64,000 nt of DNA from Mobula birostris (Eukaryota), in assembly GCF_030028105.1 (NCBI RefSeq), contig NC_092379.1, forward strand, positions 23,615,821 to 23,679,820, in the 5' to 3' direction. Below are positions 24,371 through 36,502 of the stretch, piece after piece (within the stretch, counting starts at the first letter, position 1; each line of letters opens with the position of its first letter). Both the position numbers and the translations under genes were made by a program. The notes under the pieces are model-generated. The model was not told the origin of the DNA and did not search any database. It saw nothing but the letters and a program-made list of their open reading frames with translations.

Positions 24371-25102
24371 TAATATATCACTATTGCACTCTTCCAGCAA
24401 CCTTCCCAAAGTTATTGACCTCTCAATCAATTCTATGGAAAATCACATAATAGTGGAAGAATTCAGCAGGTCGGGCAGCGTCAGTGGAGAGAGAAACAAT
24501 GAGAGCTTCAGGTCAAAGACCTTTGATTATAACTGGGGAAGAGAGAAAAGAGCTTCGTTCTGAACTTGAGGGAAGGTCGGGGCGAGTGGTTCAGAGATGG
24601 GAAGATGTTGCCATCTGCCTAATTTCTGAGTGTTTCCAGCATTTGCTGCTTTTGTCGCCAATCTTATTTTCTCAGGGGTATTCCCAGTGGCCGCTCCATC
24701 TCTTCCACAACAACTTCAACTTGATTTGTCTCTTTCTTCCTGCACCCATTATCCTGAGGTCAATAAATGTCCAAGAATCATTTTAAATTGCAGTATACAC
24801 TTCCTGTAAACTGTTCTCTGGGTGAGAAGGCGACATCTTCAATCCCTATTCGATTAATAAAATATTCACTAATTTGGCTACTTTCTACCTCATTTTAATA
24901 GTTACCAGTTTTGAATGCCCCTTGAAGTGTAGTTATTGGTTTCCTCATGTTAAACCATTGGTAGAAATCACTTAATAGGTTATACTCTCATTCACTCCTA
25001 ATCTCTACAATTTTATTTAACTAAATGTAAACCCACATCTAACACCAGAACTACATTCCGACACACATAATGTAGGGACATTATATGACGAATTGGACTT
25101 AC

Positions 25103-25159
25103 TGGGTTTCACCTTTAAATTGGTTCCAGATCCAAATGTTATCTGATTGATGTTATTCA
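25103..25159 (-). CDS. TRAJ: TRAJ, intact (type B)
   Basis: NNINQITFGSGTNLKVKP; CACAGCA(25160)-12-GCAGAAACT; GTAAGT. Confidence 0.9.
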
Positions 25160-25452
25160 CACAGCACTACACACCAGGGCAGAAACTCCTTCCCTGGTCT
25201 CATATTCAACTTTTGCTATAGAGTCTTATATTCATACAGCACAATGGAAGTTTGTTCACCATGCCCATGTTCAGTTGTTAAAACATATAAATTTCATTCC
25301 ATGTAACGAATCGGTGTAGATTTAGTTGTTTTCACATATTGTGTACTCTGTTACTACAGAAAACAGGGTAACCTTTTGTTATTCCTTTACAAATGTAATG
25401 TAAACCAGGATATAGAATTTGCTTGAAAACTAATTTTCAATATTGGTTAACA

Positions 25453-25515
25453 CGAGCATTAAGAATATTGCAGTGCCGCCTCCAAATACTAATTTGATAA
25501 GCCCTCCAGAATACA
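25453..25515 (-). pseudogene. TRAJ: TRAJ pseudogene (type C), donor deleted
   Basis: YSGGLIKLVFGGGTAIFLML; CACAGAA-12-GCAAGTAGT; the GTAAGA present in the 18648 paralogue is missing. Confidence 0.75.
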
Positions 25516-26270
25516 CACAGAAATAAATACCCTCGCAAGTAGTATTCCTCCATATCCTGATCAGTTCGGAAAATAGCTTTTTCTTTCTGCAGATCTGGAG
25601 CCTTATTTATCAAAGTACAATGCTTACTGAGATCCACAAATAATCATGCACCATCCCAAAAATATAAGCAAGGGTTTCTAATCTTTGACATACTCCTGCG
25701 CTAACTATTGGAAAACACTGAAAGAAACAAACATGAGGTGTGCCAATTTAGCGGTTCAAATTGCAAATATTAAATTGCTGCCCACATAATTTACTCCTTG
25801 CCCGACCCCTATGTATACTTCTTCCTCATCATTTTGCGATTTGCTCTAGTTCTATACGGTTATGGGAAACAGTGACATATTTTGATTCGAGTGGTTGCTT
25901 ATCCATCTCCTCCCTCCCCCGTCTCTATCAAGCTCTCTGTATATCCTTCTAGAAATGTTGCCCGTATATTTGTCTGACTATCTAGTTTTCTCCTTTTCCA
26001 CACCTTCTTTTTGTCCATCTATCCTGTTATGTATTTGCCTGTCTATATGCATCTGTTTGCATAACTGGCTGCTGGAATATGGTATTTGACTGAGTTTTGT
26101 TTGGTTGTTCTTGGTGAAATCGCCGTTGGAACATAATTTATACGCATTTTGTTTAGGAAGATACAAACTACTGCATATCCCTTGGACTTTTTAGTGGTCC
26201 AATCTATTAATTAAAGTTAGAATGTATCTATTTACTAAGTTATGAGAACTAATACCAAAATCGCACTTAC

Positions 26271-26333
26271 TGGGTTCTACAATTAGTCTAGTTCCTCCTC
26301 CAAATATCAGCTTGTTATTGCCTCCAAGATTCA
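26271..26333 (-). CDS. TRAJ: TRAJ, intact
   Basis: NLGGNNKLIFGGGTRLIVEP; CACAGTC(26334)-12-TCAAAAATA; GTAAGT. Confidence 0.9.
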
Positions 26334-26624
26334 CACAGTCCCCGGCCCTCCTTCAAAAATACTTTCTGGCCAAACCAGCGCCTGTCTTATCTGTGAAAAA
26401 TGCAGCCCATCCTTCACAAAGAGCTTTCACAAAATATAATGCTATCAATTTTTCTAACCTGAGGATATCAATTACAAAGCCGATCCATAATTATGAAGGA
26501 TAAAGCATCTTGAGAATTTTATCACATCATTTAACAGAAGTTACACGCAATATTAAAAATTGATCACATTCTCTGTACTGTCCAAGGTAAATTGTTCTTT
26601 AGGATGTGCCATTTATTTACTTAC

Positions 26625-26681
26625 TAGGTTCAACAGTCACTCTAGTTCCGCTTCCAAATATTAACTGTTGTGCAAAATTCA
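26625..26681 (-). CDS. TRAJ: TRAJ, intact
   Basis: NFAQQLIFGSGTRVTVEP; CACGGTG(26682)-12-ACAAAAAGC; GTAAGT. Confidence 0.92.
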
Positions 26682-27554
26682 CACGGTGACTGCCCCCTCT
26701 ACAAAAAGCAATTTGTTAACCAATTCCCACTGTTTAGTTAATTTTCATTAGCAACCTCATTGGTAACTACTCATTTAGTCTCGTTCAACGTGAATTGGTA
26801 AATTTGAGTTAAAATTGTTTGATCTTGTTCGTAGCTTTGCTTTTATTAAGACAAGGTCCTCTGAGGCAAAGTTCTCTAAGAATTCCCCTTGAAATTATAA
26901 CAAACATTGGATGCTAGTTTTCAACAATGTCCAAAGGTTTTAGTTTAGTCCCAGTTTAATATAAGGGCTTTAGTAATAGATTCCAAACTTTTCTCCCAGG
27001 TGTAGACGAACTATAGAGAAGAAGTCACAAAATCATCCAGTAAACAAGTGGAAAATAATAACTGCTGATAGTAGAAATTTAAAGTAAAATCTGAAAATGC
27101 TGGAAACACTCTACAGGCCAGGCAGCAACTGTGTAAAGTAAAACATTAAGCGTTCTGTGTCCTAGAATGGAAAGAACAAAAGAAAAGGGAGTTTTCAGTA
27201 GGAGAGACAATGTGTAGGAAAAATATCTGATAGGAAAGGCTAAGTAGATGAATGAGGATAGTACAAACGCATTTAACAACCTTAGTTTGTGCAAAGCGTT
27301 GGGAAAGCGTTGTGAGACAGAGCCAAGGGGTAAGAAAAACCGAGCCTAGTGACAACTGGTGCAAATGTCTGTTTCTGCTACATGAAGTTGGAGAATTCGC
27401 TAATTTGACAAGATACTCCGGAATATGTATAATCTGATTTGGTTACATATTAATAATAGGACAACGAAGATAGGATCATGGACTGTGTAACTAGCACCCC
27501 AAACATTTGATCCATTATCCTCCACTTATCACATTCTTATTACAATTTACTTCC

Positions 27555-27606
27555 CTGGTGTTACTGTTGGCTTGGATCCAGACCCGAACGTAAGCTTCTC
27601 ATATAT
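27555..27606 (-). pseudogene. TRAJ: TRAJ pseudogene
   Basis: IYEKLTFGSGSKPTVTP; CACATTG with poor nonamer; donor GGAAGT. Confidence 0.75.
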
Positions 27607-29009
27607 CACATTGCACGTCATATTAGTGGGAAAACCTATCACCCTATTCCGATGTCGAGTTCCACACTGGACAATAGATAACAACCTCAAGAACATTACG
27701 TTCCTACGTAACCTTTGACACAACACACACTCAACTTGATGCAGTGCTGACAGTATCTACAGAGATTTCAATTACACTTCGGAAACTAATCACAGTAGTA
27801 TTCCAAGGGACCATAGAAAAGCGAGTCAGTGCCAAAAGTGTATTGTCTTCACTTCATTAATATAACCCGACTTCTTAAGCACACTGAATGCTTCATTGCA
27901 AATAAACGAGAATATTTCCACGGAAGTAATGTCACATCGGTTCAAAGGACGATATTTACCGAATCCATGTATTCTTTGCCATTTTCTGTTTGACTCCTAC
28001 ATCATTCGAGACTGCACCATGTTTGCCTGGCAATAACGCAAAATTTGTACGGGTTTGAAGTTGCTAAAATATGGAAAGATACTAAGTATTTTGTAATTGA
28101 ATGAATATTTACACTGACTGAATTTAGGTTAAATTGTGAATGTTATCGGCATTATATTAATGATGTAGCCCAGGACAGGGTATGGAAAATACCTACCCTC
28201 TAAAAGGCCCTTACATAGTCTCAGCAGAAAGAGTGGGTCTTCTGTTGCTTGGTTGTTCCAAGCGTCTGCTCCCGTGACAGAGCGCAAAGATACCGACATA
28301 CAAGTTTGCCGTAAATTCCCGAGCGGGGACAGATAGAGGAAGCGGAATTGGACTGGAGGGGCGAAGGCATGTGTCAGATGTCAATGAGACAAATTATCCA
28401 GGGTGAAGAGAATAGAAAGCACAGTAGGGGAATTTGTGCTTTTATCCTCAAACTACACCCAAACATCATGTAGGGCAAAATGTGGAGGTTATTCAATTAA
28501 ATCAGTGGAGTTATGATGTTTTACGGCCTGGTTGTGCCATGATTTTCCCTCGGTCATTAGCAGTGTGATTACTCTGGCTGGTAATATATTAACGATAGGT
28601 ATCTCCATTACCCCACTGGAGTTAAAATCCCTTAATTGTACAATAGAACTGTATAGAGTTACATAACTATTATCCTACTCCAAACATTAGCAGGGGATAT
28701 AACAAAGCATTTAAGAGCATCGGAATGATTGTGTGGTATTACTCATTCGGGTAGTTTCAATCTCAGCTACCATTCATGACTTTGGAAGCCCTTATCACAT
28801 TAGTGAAGAATGTCACACATTCCGAGAGAAGTTTAATATAGTTATGTATTTTTCTACAAGCAACACATATGGAAAGCACTTCAGTTTACTCATTGTTTAT
28901 GGTAAGATTGACAATGAGATTGAAAACACCTTTTGCTTTTAAAAATAAAATGTGTCGTACACAGCTTAAAAGATTATGCAAAAAACTGAGGAGATATTAA
29001 ACCACTCAC

Positions 29010-29069
29010 TAGGTTGAACTTTAAGCCTTGTTCCAGATCCAAATGTCAGCCTGCCAGTGTTATCATCCA
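29010..29069 (-). CDS. TRAJ: TRAJ, intact
   Basis: DDNTGRLTFGSGTRLKVQP; CACAGCA(29070)-12-ACAAAAATC; GTGAGT. Confidence 0.92.
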
Positions 29070-29269
29070 CACAGCATCATACCCTCAGACAAAAATCTAT
29101 TGATTCAACTTTGTTTCTTCCAATGCACGCCAAGGGAAGATCCCTTTTTTTTCACGTGTTGGATGATTGCAGTGATATAATTCCTGCAGCCCATATTGAT
29201 GCGAAATTATTTTCCAACTTCCTTCTCTTTCAGTTCTGCTCTCTGCTAATCACACGGTGGTCACCACCA

Positions 29270-30200
29270 TTCAGCTGTCCTGTTCCTTCTAAACTATTCC
29301 ACCTTCCGCTCCCCTGTTTACAGAATCCAAATACTTGTTTTCCCTTTATTTCACCACCAGTCCTGATGGAAATCCGACGTCCTGAACCATTAGCAAGACA
29401 ATAGGAACTGGGCCCTTCGACCTTTCTTCCTGCTCTCCAATTTCCAAGATCATGACAGATATTGTTACTCGTCAGCTTCAGATCCCTTGATTCCACCTAG
29501 TATCCATGAATTCAAATACCACCCCACGCCGTTTTGAATGAAATTAATGCCCGAACCTTCACATTTCTCCGATCCGGTTAGAGAATTCCAAAGACTCACT
29601 TCCTCCAAACGAAGGAACTGCTGCATATCCCAGTCATACCCCTTATTGTGTATTGTGGCACATTGTTCTCGATTCCGCGCCCGAGAGAACATACACCCCG
29701 GTCCACCCCAGTGAGGTAGCGGCATGGAAGATGCCCTCTCAGTGTTCTAAACTACAGAGCATTTAGGCTAAGTCTATATATTTCTTCTCCCCCTTCCCTA
29801 TCTGCATCTTAACACTTAGAACTGTCGTCTCTTCTTTCCATCTATTGAGCTAATTGAAAATCCAACTTGCCAGAACTTGCCTCACTTTTGTATATCTTTA
29901 AATGTTCCTTCATACAGGTCTTGCTCGAATTTCCCACAGGTATCTAGGCTATTTCTGACGTATATCTGCTTTATATCTCCTCCTCATGCAAAGAATGCTA
30001 TAACGAATTGGATCTATCAGACGGTACCTCATTTAGATGCCTAATTTTGTTCTTCCTTAAAATCAGAGAGATCTTCTCAATATCTGCCTTTCCTTATGTC
30101 TATATAATTAGAGACATTCTTTATTAGATTATCATTCATCCAACTTGTTTATAAAGGAGGACTTCATCTAAAGATGACCTGGGAAACTATTTACTGTTTT
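29270..30200 (-). mobile_element. Old CR1 LINE relics
   Basis: ORF 29465-29725 contains SLWNSL...GIKG typical of the CR1 ORF2 C-terminus; flanks degenerate. Confidence 0.45.
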
Positions 30201-30264
30201 AATTCTAACAATCTCACAATAGTTATGAACAGAGAACTCCAGAGTCTGGCATTGCCACACTTAC

Positions 30265-30321
30265 CTGGTTGTACGGTGAGTTTGGTCCCAGATCCAAATA
30301 TTATCTCGTTGCCAGCAAACG
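30265..30321 (-). CDS. TRAJ: TRAJ, intact
   Basis: FAGNEIIFGSGTKLTVQP; CACAGTG(30322)-12-ACTGAAACC; GTAAGT. Confidence 0.92.
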
Positions 30322-30486
30322 CACAGTGTTACACATCAGTACTGAAACCCCATTTGATCCTAAGCATGCAGACCATTTGCAAAACATGAGTTTTCAAAGA
30401 TTTAAAGATAACAAACAGGAATTCAGATTTTCAAAGTAATATCCTAAAACACTAGTTTATTGGATGCAGGATATCATTGAACTTAC

Positions 30487-30543
30487 TTGGTAAAACTGTC
30501 AGCTTACTCCCTGTACCAAATAAGAGTATCTGTCCATAGTCCA
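30487..30543 (-). CDS. TRAJ: TRAJ, intact
   Basis: DYGQILLFGTGSKLTVLP; CACAGTA(30544)-12-ACATAAACC; GTAAGT. Confidence 0.92.
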
Positions 30544-31495
30544 CACAGTAAGCCATGCCATAACATAAACCCATTTTCAGTTAAGTTAACCCATTCTCAC
30601 TAGTTAAGAATTCACCTATTTAACCAAAAAGACATGCTACTGCTGTTATAGCATTTTGTAGCAGAAAAGGAACTGATCTTCCACTTGCCGTGAATTCTGA
30701 ACTGTCAAATCTTCAGTACAATTTTCGTGATCTGAAATTTTGATTCAGATTTTCTTTCACTCTGAATACAGGTTAGACCTGCTGAGATTTGTGATACTTT
30801 CTAAAACGATTGAAATATTCCAGTACACTTCGCTATTTGAGTCAGAGCACGAACAAAATTTTCATGGATCTAGTAGAACAGGAAATGCTGGAATCACTCA
30901 GTAGGCCCGGTAGCAAATGTGCAAAGAGAAACAGAGCAGATGGATCTGGTCTAAGAGCCTTCATAAGAAACATAAAGTGAGAAAATAAGTTACTTTAAGA
31001 TGAGAGCATTTCTAAAAGGCGAGACCGGAATTGTCTAGGTGTTCCAAAGGTCTAATTTCCTGTCCCTGAATCGATGAGCATAATCGCCAGTTACTGGTCC
31101 AGTGACAAGAGTCATGTTTTAGTACACTAAATTGTTTGACAGCACACGTTATCTGAATTTTTTTTTTCAGAAGAGTAGATTTGGCTTATCATATTTCTGC
31201 AATTTCCTTACCAGAAGCCCATACCGGCCCTTAAAACAAACCTTTCATTCCCATTGCATTTATTTTCCTGTAATCCAAATTCTACTTCTAAGAATTCTTT
31301 AAAGCTACAAACATATCAAGTGTTAGGAAATGAACGGTTCTGCCATTGCCCTGAGTAGTCATAACCAAATGAATTCAGACTCCAGCTTATTAAATATAAC
31401 AGGGAACTAAAGTACATAATGCATGGATATCGAGAAATTGAACTTCTATACACTTGTAGGAAATAGACTCAGGTTAAATGTTAATTAATACTTAC

Positions 31496-31558
31496 TTAAC
31501 AACACAGATAGCTTAGTCCCAGTTCCAAAGATAAGTTTGGTATTAGCTCCTGCATTCA
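31496..31558 (-). CDS. TRAJ: TRAJ, intact
   Basis: NAGANTKLIFGTGTKLSVLL; CACAGTA(31559)-12-CCAAAAACT; GTAAGT. Confidence 0.9.
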
Positions 31559-31859
31559 CACAGTACTATACTCCAAACCAAAAACTCTCATTAGGCCAGA
31601 ATTAGTAGATAACCACACCTATTGGTTGCTAGATCTGAATGCTTGGAATCATTCAATGGAATTATCCACAGGACGCTCATTTTCAAAGGAATGCTGATCA
31701 ACACTCATTAATTACTTTGAAAGAGATTTTTGTTTAAAAACCATACTCTGCTTAGTTATTATTAATTTTAAAGTGGCACATGATAGTGTAATCTTTGTTA
31801 GTGAACAAGCAATTGAACTTCTGCAACAATTATCCAAGGACTTGAATATGAAACTTAAC

Positions 31860-32480
31860 CGTAGTGGTTAATGATTGATATTCAAGAAGGTCAATTTGAA
31901 ATGGAAACGGCAAACTCGTCTCGGCAATGACGACCACGAAAGCGAATGGCTTGCCATAAGACTCCTTGGTGAATCTCTGGAAATCTCTGCATCAGAGAGC
32001 TGTGGCAACTAGATTACTGGGTGCAGTATGAGAAGATGGAATTGACTGTTTGAAGGAACTGGAAATGAAGCATATGGAGAAAGAGCTCAGAAGAGAAGAT
32101 GATTGCTAAAGCAGATCACCCAAACACTGCTATAGGAAGAGGTTGGCATTAAATTGTAAAGGATGCAGAAAAGATTTGCATGGGTCCATTACAGGGACCA
32201 GAGATCCTGAGTTGTTAGGAAAGTGTGGACAAATTGAGCTTCATTTCTTGAAGCGCAGGAAGATTTGGGGTGACATATAGAAGCATATAAAACGACGAGT
32301 AGAATAGAAAAAGTGAACAATCATTTAGGGGAGTGTAATACTGGATAGTATAGGTTGAAGGTGAGAAGAAAAAGACATAAAGAGGACTTGAGAAGCAAAT
32401 TTTACAAAACCGAATGATGGTGTGTTTATGGAAGGAGCTGCACAAGAAGTTATAAATATGTTTAAAAGGCATTTAAATAG
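31860..32480 (+). mobile_element. Degenerate CR1 3' fragments
   Basis: ggtgaatctctggaaatctctgc...; gtggacaaattgagcttcatttcttgaagcgcaggaagatttggggtgacatatagaagcatataaaa (LDKLGLFSLE..RLRGDLIEVYK-like). Confidence 0.55.
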
Positions 32481-32686
32481 AACGAACCCGTACATTTCCG
32501 GGAAATGACCAACATTCCGACCCTTTCTCCTCAAATAGTCTGACTATGGATTTGAAGTTTAAAGAACAAATGATTTTGTTTAAAAAAGTCTACTAATGAT
32601 TTCATTTTAGAGGTCTACTGAAGGGGGGGGGGAGCAGAAAGAGGGGAGAGAGAGAGAGACAGAGAGAGAGAAAGAGGCACGGAGAC

Positions 32687-32837
32687 NNNNNNNNNNNNNN
32701 NNNNNNNNNNNNNNNNNNNNNNNNNNNNNNNNNNNNNNNNNNNNNNNNNNNNNNNNNNNNNNNNNNNNNNNNNNNNNNNNNNNNNNNNNNNNNNNNNNNN
32801 NNNNNNNNNNNNNNNNNNNNNNNNNNNNNNNNNNNNN
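32687..32837. other. Assembly gap (151 N) after a GA-rich microsatellite
   Basis: Run of N preceded by (GA)n tract 32620-32686. Confidence 0.98.
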
Positions 32838-33067
32838 CCATTTTGTAGTGATCAACATTAACTTATCTATGGAATAAATTATAATTTTGAAGAATGATTC
32901 AAGTTTCATTGAGACGATCTGTAAGCAATTCCCTCTCACTGTACGTAAACGCAGAAGGGCTTTGAAAGCGATCAGAGAAACAAAAGTTTATCTACGTTTC
33001 TGCTCAGTTCGTAAGATACACCTGACTCTCAATACATAAATATGATATCCCAAAAGCTCCTACTTAC

Positions 33068-33124
33068 TAGGCGTGATACGGAGCCTCGTGCCAGATCCAA
33101 AGATGATGTCGTTACCAACGTTCA
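33068..33124 (-). CDS. TRAJ: TRAJ, intact
   Basis: NVGNDIIFGSGTRLRITP; CACAGCA(33125)-12-ACCAAAAAC; GTAAGT. Confidence 0.9.
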
Positions 33125-33789
33125 CACAGCATGAAATCCTAGTACCAAAAACCTTTGCGGGTCAGACGTTACACTGCCAGCTCTGAATGCAAGACTACAT
33201 TACAGGAGCTATGAATAACTGTCGAAAGTAGCCCAAAATCTTATTATTTCCAGTGATGTATAATAATGAAATGCATTTTATTCTTGATTAGCAAATTTGT
33301 TTCTGAATATATGCTTTGAGTTAACTCCTGGCCAAGCCATTTAGAAACATTAAATGACTACAAATTGTCTAAATTGTATGAATCTATTACATATTTAATT
33401 ATTCCCAACTGTTAAATGTTAATTGACACCAGATTATTCTGTGTTAATGAAGCTCTGAGCCACAAAAGCGACACCACCTCTCCCCTCCCCCCCCCTCTCT
33501 CTCTCTCTCTTTGTCCTTCTGTCTCTGTCTCTCCGTATGTGTTTTGATTACTGAGAAACCTCAAAGAGTACAGTCTGAGGATAATTGGCACTTCTAACCT
33601 GTGAAGATTTTTCCTTATTATCAAACATTTTCTATCCCTTGACCCGTTCTTTATGCGTCTAGAGTTCGTACGTATTTCTACAAGGAAAAAATCGACATCC
33701 TCTATGAAAACTACGGTGGGATTTGCTTCTAAGTCTCCTGACTGAGTTGTAGACCATAACATCTCGAGTCGTCAATTCTCCCTGGCTAA

Positions 33790-34250
33790 TGACTTCACAT
33801 CTATGTCTCAGTCTCGGTATCCCTTCTGACAATGGGAGTGGTTACCTTTTCCTTTGCCTGCCATTAACTTGAATGAACATCTATCTCATGTCCTCCCTCG
33901 ACTTGCCTTTTCTTATGGAAAAGAGTACTGTTGACGTTTATGGCCGGAAAGACGCCAGATTTACCCATTCTATCCCTCTACCCAAGGAAACACTTCCAAC
34001 CTCTCTTCTAAGTCTAATTGTTTCGAAAGATTGGGGGCCAGAAATGGATACAGTGCTCCAGTTGTGGCCAAACCAGCATCCTAAGATAGTGCTGCATAAT
34101 TTTCTGCCGGGTCCCCTGCATTTTCATCCGATGTTTTCTCACGCTATCCTGTTACCATCGGCATATACTCGATTTCCCTTTGATCCCCACCCTTTTATAT
34201 TCCTCGTTATGTCACGTCGCCTCTTTGTGATCCAAATAAAAGCATATAAT
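33790..34250 (-). mobile_element. CR1 relic (duplicated at about 37090-37500)
   Basis: gatacagtgctccagttgtggccaaaccag CR1 motif present in both copies. Confidence 0.6.
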
Positions 34251-34413
34251 CGTTAGTCTGTCCTTGCTCACAGCCATAAAGAATTATCTCAAAGATCATC
34301 CAAATGAGTCAATTTATGTAAGTGATTATCTTGTAATCGTTCGCGATAATCGCATTAATCTAACATATCAATGGCCTCTTTCTGTTCTATTAGAAGTACA
34401 AAATAAGATTTAC

Positions 34414-34476
34414 CGGGCTGTACAGTTAGACGTGTCCCAGTTCCAAAGGTTAACACGTTTGTGCTGTCATAAGCCA
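34414..34476 (-). CDS. TRAJ: TRAJ, intact
   Basis: AYDSTNVLTFGTGTRLTVQP; CACAGTG(34477)-12-ACACAAACC; donor GTAAAT. Confidence 0.88.
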
Positions 34477-34770
34477 CACAGTGCCCTATCCCCAAACACA
34501 AACCCCCCACTTCATTCTGACTATTCCTACATAATCAACTCATTGTAGTACTCAGCTAAAACAGCCAAAAGCGTAGATACCAAAACGCACAAACAAGGAC
34601 TCGATGGGCCGAATGGCACAATTCTGTTACTATATCTTATGGTATTATTATAGCAGTATTGATCGCATGCTTATTTCATCTTCTGTTACATCATTACAAT
34701 ATACATGACAGCCATTTAATACAAATCCACACCCTTCACGATTAACCCTGGTAAATTGTCTGACACCTAC

Positions 34771-34832
34771 TTGGTTTAACAGTGAGTTTAGTACCAGATC
34801 CAAATATGAGATTGTATCCACCAGCATTCGCC
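34771..34832 (-). CDS. TRAJ: TRAJ, intact
   Basis: ANAGGYNLIFGSGTKLTVKP; consensus RSS CACAGTG(34833)-12-ACAAAAACC; donor GTAGGT. Confidence 0.9.
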
Positions 34833-35362
34833 CACAGTGTGTGAGAGGTTGACAAAAACCACTTGTCAGAGGTAAGCAGCAAAGTACAAAGTCTTATAAA
34901 TGGGCAACAGCCCTCAAAGGAATTTTTGGGATAGTCTCGCCATCAGTGCACGTCTATTTCGCATTGAATTAAAGAGGAATACCTTCACTCACAGGCAGAT
35001 ATATATTTTGAATTCTCTCCGCTGAAAGACTGTGGATGATGAAGCGCTAACCGCATCCACAACAGTGGAATTATAATTAAAGAAATCAAAAGAAAGATAG
35101 GAGGTTGATTTCATCGATTTAACAGACTGGAGGGGCTCAATGGGCTCTCCCTGCCTTTGTTCCTCAGGCTTTACTTCCCTATCGGACCACTATTAAAAGG
35201 AATATTGATGAAGGTTAACGGCACTGGCTTCCAGCTACATTTCGTTTGTTGTGTTTCCTAACCGAATCCTTTCCATAGTCGAAGGAGTTTGCTGTGTGGT
35301 TTGTTAAGAAGATTGCAGTTGTATCAGATCCATACAGTAATACAACATGCAAACAGACACTT

Positions 35363-35855
35363 CGGACCAGGATGTAGAAGCATTGGAAAGGGTACAGAGG
35401 AGATTTACCAGGATGCTGCCTGGTTTGGAGAGTATGCATTATGATCAGAGATTAAGGGAGCTAGGGCTTTACTCTTTGGAGAGAAGGAGGGTGAGAGGAG
35501 ACATGATAGAAGTATATAAGATATTAAGAGGAATAGATAGAGTGGACAGCCGGCGCCTCTTCCCCAGGGCACCACTGCTCAATAAAAGAGGACATGGCTT
35601 TAAAGTAAGGGGCGTGAAGTTCAAGCGTGGATATTAGAGGAAGATTTTTTACTCAGAGAGTGGTTGGTGCGCGGAATGCACTGCCTGAGCCAGTGGTGGA
35701 GGCAGATACACTAGTGAAATTTAAGAGACTACTAGACAGGTATATGGAGGAATTTAAGGTGGGGGGTTATATGGGAGGCAGCGTTTAAGTGTCGGCACAA
35801 CATTGTGGGCCGAAGGGCCTGTACTACGCTGTATTATTCTATGTTCTATGTTCAT
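35363..35855 (+). mobile_element. CR1 LINE 3' end, 5'-truncated, relatively young
   Basis: ORF 35347-35637 DVEALERVQRRFTRMLPGL...LRELGLYSLERRRVRGDMIEVYKIL; 3'UTR ending in (ttctatg)n. Confidence 0.95.
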
Positions 35856-36189
35856 TTCTGTGCTTATTCGGTTTGCGTTTGATTTTTTTTTATCTATAAT
35901 CGCCTCACCCCGAACTTTTCCCAACCAAGTAATTTTCCAACTGTTTTTTCACATACCATAATTGTGCCGCCTCTATCTCTTACTCTGGCAGCTTATTCCA
36001 TATTCTAACCACCTGAACACATTCCCCTCAGCTCCCCTTTAATTCTTTCCCTTCTTCCTATAAGCCAACAGCTCTAAAGTCAGGTTCCATGACCCTGAGA
36101 GAAAGACTGGAGGTTTTTACCCTATGCATGTCCCCCATAGTGGTATTATTAGCTATAAATTTCTCACACAGTCTCTTTCATTCCAAGAC

Positions 36190-36206
36190 AGAGAGAGTGA
36201 GTGAGA

Positions 36207-36255
<49 letters not shown>
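36190..36255. repeat. (GA)n/(GACA)n microsatellite
   Basis: gagagagtgagtgagagagagtgagagagagagagagagagagagagacagacagacagacagac. Confidence 0.9.
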
Positions 36256-36445
36256 TCAAGTTTCTAGGAGATGATATGGATTACTTTGATCAACATTTTG
36301 AAGCAGTTCATTTCTGCTGTCCATGGAGGTAGAAGGACTTTAGAGAGAAATCATGTTGATACAAGTTGACACACTTTTCTGCTCAACTTCTGTGATACAT
36401 CTGACTCCCAATTCATAAATACAATATGCTAAAACTCCTACTTAC

Positions 36446-36502
36446 TAGGCATAACATGAAGCCTCGTGCCAGATCCAAAGATGATGTTGTTAGCAAGGTT
36501 CA
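36446..36502 (-). CDS. TRAJ: TRAJ, intact (paralogue of 33068)
   Basis: NLANNIIFGSGTRLHVMP; CACAGCA(36503)-12-AACAAAACA; GTAAGT. Confidence 0.88.

Noticed and set aside
4932-26333. CRISPR-like or satellite reading of the periodic conserved motifs
   Set aside because: The conserved units are RSS, J exon and splice donor in eukaryotic DNA, not repeat-spacer arrays.
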